The translations under genes and the position numbers were made by a program. From Candidatus Uhrbacteria bacterium (GTDB lineage: Bacteria > Patescibacteriota > Patescibacteriia > UBA9934 > GWF2-40-263), in the NCBI GenBank assembly GCA_026395055.1, contig JAPLZK010000003.1, positions 173,987 to 237,986 on the forward strand: a DNA stretch of 64,000 bases, in the 5' to 3' direction. Shown one piece after another: positions 59,581 to 64,000 of this stretch. The notes beneath the pieces are model-generated. The model had not been told where the DNA came from, did not search any database, and saw nothing but the letters and a program-made list of their open reading frames with translations. Every line of letters begins with the position of its first letter. Position 1 is the stretch's first letter.

Positions 59581-59603
59581 ACCGTCATTCTCGACGGTTT
59601 TTT
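59579..59603 (+). terminator. Terminator after the IMPase gene
   Basis: AAACCGTC-6nt-GACGGTTTTTT. Confidence 0.75.
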
Positions 59604-59628
59604 CTTTTTCCGCTATCCTATCCGCATT

Positions 59629-60465
59629 ATGATGACCATTCTTGATGGCAAAGCGCTTGCGCAAACCATTCGCACAAAAATTAAAGATCGTATTACTGCA
59701 CTCGCGTCTAAACCCGGTCTCGCCATTCTTTTGGTTGGGGAAGATCCCGCTTCACACATCTACGTAAACCTCAAACAAAAAGCGTGTGAAGAAGTCGGAA
59801 TCCATTTTGAAAAACATTTATACGCACAGGATGTCTCAGAAGAAGAACTTATTTCAAAAATACAAGAATTAAACAGCAATCCAGATATTCACGGAATTCT
59901 GGTACAAATTCCGCTTCCAAACCAAAATGCAGATCATGTCATCGAAGCGATCGATCCTGTGAAAGATGTCGACGGATTCCATCCAAGAAACCTTGAGGCA
60001 TTACGTGAAGGAAAACCATCACTTGCGCCCGCTGTCGCTCTCGGCATCCTGAAGCTTATCGATAAGGCGCTCGATGGAAAAAACCGAGCAGGATTACATA
60101 CGACCATCGTCTCAAGTGACTTTTTTGCAGACCCATTACAAATTCTTCTTCGTGAACAACAAATTTCGTCAGACGTTGTTAGACCAACAAATCCTTCCTT
60201 CCAACAAAAAATAGCGGAAGCGGATATTCTCATCATCGCCCTCGGAAGACCGAATTTGATCCACGGTTCCATGATCAAGACAGGAGCCATTCTCATTGAT
60301 GTTGGAACAACAAAAGTACATGGCAGACTTGTTGGTGATATTGAGCGAGCAACCGTTGAACCGGTCGCAGGCGCGCTCTCCCCTGTCCCGGGCGGTGTCG
60401 GACCCATGACCGTCGCCATGCTCCTCTTAAATGTTCTGAACGCATACGGAAAACAAAAGCCCTAA
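59629..60465 (+). CDS. folD: Methylenetetrahydrofolate dehydrogenase/cyclohydrolase
   Basis: LDGK.LA, PGLA..LVG.DPAS..YV..K, GILVQ.PLP, KDVDGFHP, PVPGGVGPMTVAML. Confidence 0.95.
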   Translation: MMTILDGKALAQTIRTKIKDRITALASKPGLAILLVGEDPASHIYVNLKQKACEEVGIHFEKHLYAQDVSEEELISKIQELNSNPDIHGILVQIPLPNQNADHVIEAIDPVKDVDGFHPRNLEALREGKPSLAPAVALGILKLIDKALDGKNRAGLHTTIVSSDFFADPLQILLREQQISSDVVRPTNPSFQQKIAEADILIIALGRPNLIHGSMIKTGAILIDVGTTKVHGRLVGDIERATVEPVAGALSPVPGGVGPMTVAMLLLNVLNAYGKQKP

Positions 60466-60468
60466 AAC

Positions 60469-60494
60469 AAAGAAACCCTCGCGGGTTTCTTTTT
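60469..60494. terminator. Bidirectional terminator
   Basis: AAAGAAACCC-TCGC-GGGTTTCTTTTT. Confidence 0.75.
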
Positions 60495-60501
60495 AATATC
60501 T

Positions 60502-60906
60502 CTATTTTTTTATTTTCGTTTGAACAATCTTTACAACCACTCCTGAGAGAAGAACGGCTAAGAACGAACTCCAGTTTGCTTCTATTTGCGGAAGATTGAT
60601 GATAGAAGTCCAATCGAATCCATACACAAACTTTACCAATATTGCCGCGATTAAAAATGTAAGAAGAATCCATCCAAATGCAACCAAGAATCGATCATTC
60701 CAATCATTTGGACTTTTACGAAAGTATAAATACGAGAAAAGGAAAATCAAGATTGGGTAATACGCATTAAGCGCAACATATAACACACCACTCGTGGTTA
60801 CCGTATACGCAACATATAAAAGAAAAGACCCTGGATACCAAACAAGAAAAAGCAAAAGAAAAAAGAGCACGTAGCGTTTTGTAAAATAATGTTTTAAGAT
60901 TTCCAT
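60502..60906 (-). CDS. Hypothetical 4-TM membrane protein
   Basis: Hydrophobic ORF. TGG-TATAAT 8 nt before ATG. Confidence 0.7.
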   Translation of the reverse strand: MEILKHYFTKRYVLFFLLLFLVWYPGSFLLYVAYTVTTSGVLYVALNAYYPILIFLFSYLYFRKSPNDWNDRFLVAFGWILLTFLIAAILVKFVYGFDWTSIINLPQIEANWSSFLAVLLSGVVVKIVQTKIKK

Positions 60907-60915
60907 ATGAAATGA

Positions 60916-62064
60916 TTATACCAAAAATCGGTACAAGGTAAAAATTAATCCTCCAAGAAAAAATAAAATCGCGAGCCAAGAAAATACGTCTGGCAGATTT
61001 AAACAATGATGCTCTCTACAAACAGGCTCTTGTTTCAACTTCAAATAACATAGAACGATAAATATTCCGAGCATTCCTCCAAAGACAGATCCAATAAATC
61101 CAACCAGATCTACGAATTCGCGCACCCCAAACGCAAAGAATAAAAATGGAACGCCAACCGTGAGGGCAAACGCAACCAGCTTAGAACAACGCAGATCGAA
61201 TTTAAACGTGTTTTGAAGGGTGATTCCAAGAAGCATGTAAATGGAAAGAATTGTGATGAGTCCAAGAACAGACGCAATCACACGGAACGATGTTCCAAAA
61301 ACAGAAATGAGTCCATCAAACGCCACACCTGTTGTTGCCACTCCTGTAACCCCAACAACCGCAAAAGAGAAAAACGCATAGAGGAGAACAACGATCGTCA
61401 TTCCAATCAACATTGCTTTTCCTAACTGCTTCTTTGCTCGCATTCCCAAGACATCACGCATCTCTGGAACAATTCCCGTAGAAGAAAGAGCGAAGAGAAT
61501 AATTCCATACGGCAAAAACCATTTTGATGGGTCAATCACTGCCAAGTTCCCAATTTCGATATGCGGAACGGAAAGCGCGATCATGAAAATAAACAAAAAT
61601 AACAACGCGAGAATGACAAAGACCTCAAGTTTAGACGCAAATTGTAAGCCGCGGTAAATAAGAGCTGCGGCGATAATGCCGACGATGTAAGAATAAGGAG
61701 CAGCCGTTCCGCCAAAGACGGGTGACAAAAGAAGAAATAAAAATTTTCCTCCGATAATCATGTAAGCAAGCATGGCACCCCAAACGCTTGCACAAATAGC
61801 TGCCGTACTCAGCCATGACCATTTTTTTCCAAGATAAATTTCCACATATCCAACCAAACGATGCGTTCCTTCTGTTTGTAAGGCAAGTTCCGCATACATG
61901 AACTGAACCATGAGAAGAACGATTCCGATAACCAATAATTCAAGAAGTCCGATGGAAAATCCGCTTTGTGCAAACGCAAATGGAAGTCCAAATACCCCAA
62001 CACCAACAATTCCACCAATCATCATGAAAACGGCGCGTAAAAATTTAAAATCAGGGTGAATCAT
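60916..62064 (-). CDS. Aromatic amino acid (Trp/Tyr permease, HAAAP-like) transporter
   Basis: G.IVG.G.FGLP, Y.E..L, LAY..IGG, PYG.ILFA...VPE, about 11 TM. Confidence 0.85.
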   Translation of the reverse strand: MIHPDFKFLRAVFMMIGGIVGVGVFGLPFAFAQSGFSIGLLELLVIGIVLLMVQFMYAELALQTEGTHRLVGYVEIYLGKKWSWLSTAAICASVWGAMLAYMIIGGKFLFLLLSPVFGGTAAPYSYIVGIIAAALIYRGLQFASKLEVFVILALLFLFIFMIALSVPHIEIGNLAVIDPSKWFLPYGIILFALSSTGIVPEMRDVLGMRAKKQLGKAMLIGMTIVVLLYAFFSFAVVGVTGVATTGVAFDGLISVFGTSFRVIASVLGLITILSIYMLLGITLQNTFKFDLRCSKLVAFALTVGVPFLFFAFGVREFVDLVGFIGSVFGGMLGIFIVLCYLKLKQEPVCREHHCLNLPDVFSWLAILFFLGGLIFTLYRFLV

Positions 62065-62141
62065 AGAGTAATTTTCTCCACAATTATAGCACACCTTATC
62101 CTCTTGTCTCGTATCACGAGCGTGCTAAGATACCGGCATCT

Positions 62142-63662
62142 ATGGCAACACACGAGCGCATTCCCCCTCAAAACCTTGAAGCAGAGCAATCCTTGCTCGG
62201 ATCTCTTTTGATTGACAAAGATGCCATTGTGAAAGTTGCTGATCGCTTACAAGGCGATGACTTTTATCGTCCCGCACACCAATGGGTTTATGAAACCATC
62301 ACAGAATTGTTTGAACGGCATGACCCAATCGACATTCTTTCCTTAGGAAATCGTTTAGAAGAAAAAGGTCAGCTCACGCAGGTGGGTGGACGCGCGTATC
62401 TTGTTGAACTTTCAAACATGGTTCCCACGGCAGCAAACGTTACGCACTACGCAGAGATTGTACAAAAGAAAGCAACGCTGCGTCGCTTGATCACCGCTGC
62501 CACCAACATTTCTCAAATGGGATTTGAAGAGGAAGAAGAAATTGACGCAACGCTTGATGAAGCAGAACGTGCTTTGTTTCACGTTTCAGAAAAATATAAC
62601 AAGAATACATTCGTTTCTATTCGCAGTGTTCTTGATGGTGCCTTTGAACGTATTGATGAACTTCACCGCGATCGCGGCAAGTTGCGCGGAGTTGCAACAG
62701 GTTACACGGCCCTAGATCAAATCCTTGCCGGATTCCAAAAATCCGACCTGATTATTTTGGCTGCGCGTCCTTCTTGCGGAAAAACAGCGTTAGCGCTGGA
62801 CATGGCGCGTCATATTGGTGTGAACATGAAAGTCCCAACCGCCTTCTTCTCCCTAGAAATGAGTAAAGAACAGCTCGTCGACCGTATGATTTGTGCGCAA
62901 GCAAACGTTGATTTGTGGAAGCTTCGTACAGGACGCCTCTCTGATAAAGCAGACGACTTTCCAAAAATCGCGGATGCGCTTGGTAAATTATCCGAAGCTC
63001 CCATTTTCATTGACGACAGTGCAAACTTAAACATCATGCAGCTCAGAACAAAGGCTCGTCGATTAAAAACAGAACATGGGCTTGGCATGATCGTTGTCGA
63101 CTACTTACAGCTCATGGAAGGGAGATCCAAAAAGTCTCAAGAAAACCGTGTGCAAGAAGTTGCGGAAATTTCTCGTGGACTCAAACAGATCGCCAAAGAA
63201 TTAGACGTTCCTGTTCTTGCCCTCGCTCAGCTCTCGCGTGCCGTTGAGTTAACAAAGCCCGCAATCCCAAAACTTTCACACTTGCGTGACTCTGGATCTA
63301 TTGAGCAAGACGCAGACGTTGTCATGTTTATTTACCGCAAAGCCGCAGACAAAAACTTCCGCGAAGAAGACTTGGCACCGGAAGACAAGAACATCGCGGA
63401 AATTCACATTGCAAAACATCGTAACGGACCAACGGGCATGATCCGACTCTTTTTTGAAAAAGAGCGCGCGTCGTTTCGCAATTTAGATGGACAAGGAGGA
63501 AGCTATACAGGCGGAGGCGGATCAGGTTCCTCAAACACCAACGGATTTGCTCCTTACGCAACCGCACAAAATAAACCCGCTCACGCTCCACTCGGACAAC
63601 CCGGAGGAGGTGCCAATGTCATGGCTCCCCCACCAATTGATGCAAACCCAGGAGCACGGTAA
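62142..63662 (+). CDS. dnaB: Replicative DNA helicase
   Basis: PPQN.EAEQS.LG, AARPS.GKTA, FSLEMS, VDYLQL, QLSR, LRDSGSIEQDAD, AKHRNGPTG. No intein. Confidence 0.97.
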   Translation: MATHERIPPQNLEAEQSLLGSLLIDKDAIVKVADRLQGDDFYRPAHQWVYETITELFERHDPIDILSLGNRLEEKGQLTQVGGRAYLVELSNMVPTAANVTHYAEIVQKKATLRRLITAATNISQMGFEEEEEIDATLDEAERALFHVSEKYNKNTFVSIRSVLDGAFERIDELHRDRGKLRGVATGYTALDQILAGFQKSDLIILAARPSCGKTALALDMARHIGVNMKVPTAFFSLEMSKEQLVDRMICAQANVDLWKLRTGRLSDKADDFPKIADALGKLSEAPIFIDDSANLNIMQLRTKARRLKTEHGLGMIVVDYLQLMEGRSKKSQENRVQEVAEISRGLKQIAKELDVPVLALAQLSRAVELTKPAIPKLSHLRDSGSIEQDADVVMFIYRKAADKNFREEDLAPEDKNIAEIHIAKHRNGPTGMIRLFFEKERASFRNLDGQGGSYTGGGGSGSSNTNGFAPYATAQNKPAHAPLGQPGGGANVMAPPPIDANPGAR

Positions 63663-63700
63663 AATGTTTTCGCTAAGCCTATCTGATAATAATCAAACCT

Positions 63701-64000
63701 ATGTTCTCCAAACTGAAACAGTTCAAAGATCTCAAGCAACAAGCAAAGACCATGGAATCTGAACTCGCAACCGTTATTTCAGAAGGTGAGGCGGCTTGGG
63801 GTAAAGTCAAAGTAACCGTCAACGGAAACCGCGACATGATCGGATGCAGCATTGATCCAACCATGACAGCAGATCTTCCAAAACTTCAAGAAGCCCTATG
63901 TGAAGCACACAAAGACGCCATTAAAAAAATGCAATTTAAACTCGCAAAGAAAGTACAAGAAATGGGTGGATTAGATATGTTGAAGAATTTGGGAGGCTAA
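63701..64000 (+). CDS. ybaB: YbaB/EbfC nucleoid-associated protein
   Basis: QAK.M...L, G.VKVTVNG, IDP. Confidence 0.85.
   Translation: MFSKLKQFKDLKQQAKTMESELATVISEGEAAWGKVKVTVNGNRDMIGCSIDPTMTADLPKLQEALCEAHKDAIKKMQFKLAKKVQEMGGLDMLKNLGG

Noticed and set aside
30009-59603. Integron cassette array explaining the accessory units
   Set aside because: No intI and no shared attC-like sequence. The units carry their own promoters and are dispersed on both strands.
62070-62105. DnaA boxes or oriC upstream of dnaB
   Set aside because: Only one 8/9 match (TTCTCCACA, 62074-62082), with no box cluster or AT-rich unwinding element.
1-64000. Alternative genetic code 25 (TGA=Gly)
   Set aside because: TGA ends several genes with canonical ATGA overlaps (e.g. 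def/fmt, the GT cluster), and core genes are intact under code 11.

Overview
64 kb of a reduced bacterial genome, most consistent with Patescibacteria/CPR (Parcubacteria/ABY1-like; inferred from gene content and style, not from a search). The standard genetic code fits, since TGA is used as a stop. The backbone is housekeeping: gltX, clpB (under a perfect CIRCE operator), priA, def-fmt, a glycan locus (Wzx, 3 GTs, O-antigen-ligase-like), infA-rpmJ-rpsM-rpsK-rpsD-rpoA-rplQ-rplM-rpsI, alaS (one in-frame TAA), murJ, rlmD, era, mnmA, a VirD4-like ATPase pair, secD/secF, secA, hpf, murB, murC, glyA, rdgB, folD, dnaB and ybaB. The most striking pattern is two expression grammars. (1) About 15 native genes have a -10 box, often TG-extended, only 8-10 nt before the ATG and no Shine-Dalgarno, i.e. 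near-leaderless. (2) Eight interspersed accessory units each have a TTGAC[A/G]-exactly 17 nt-(-10) promoter, usually a 5' hairpin, a GGAGG/GAGGAG-type SD and their own terminator. Their cargo includes two myxobacterium-like cysteine-repeat lipoproteins inserted between murC and murB. Also notable: a SecD-parvulin fusion, RpoA without its CTD, a helicase-dead-looking PriA, and an in-frame palindromic element inside mnmA. No rRNA, tRNA, CRISPR array, transposase or integrase was seen.
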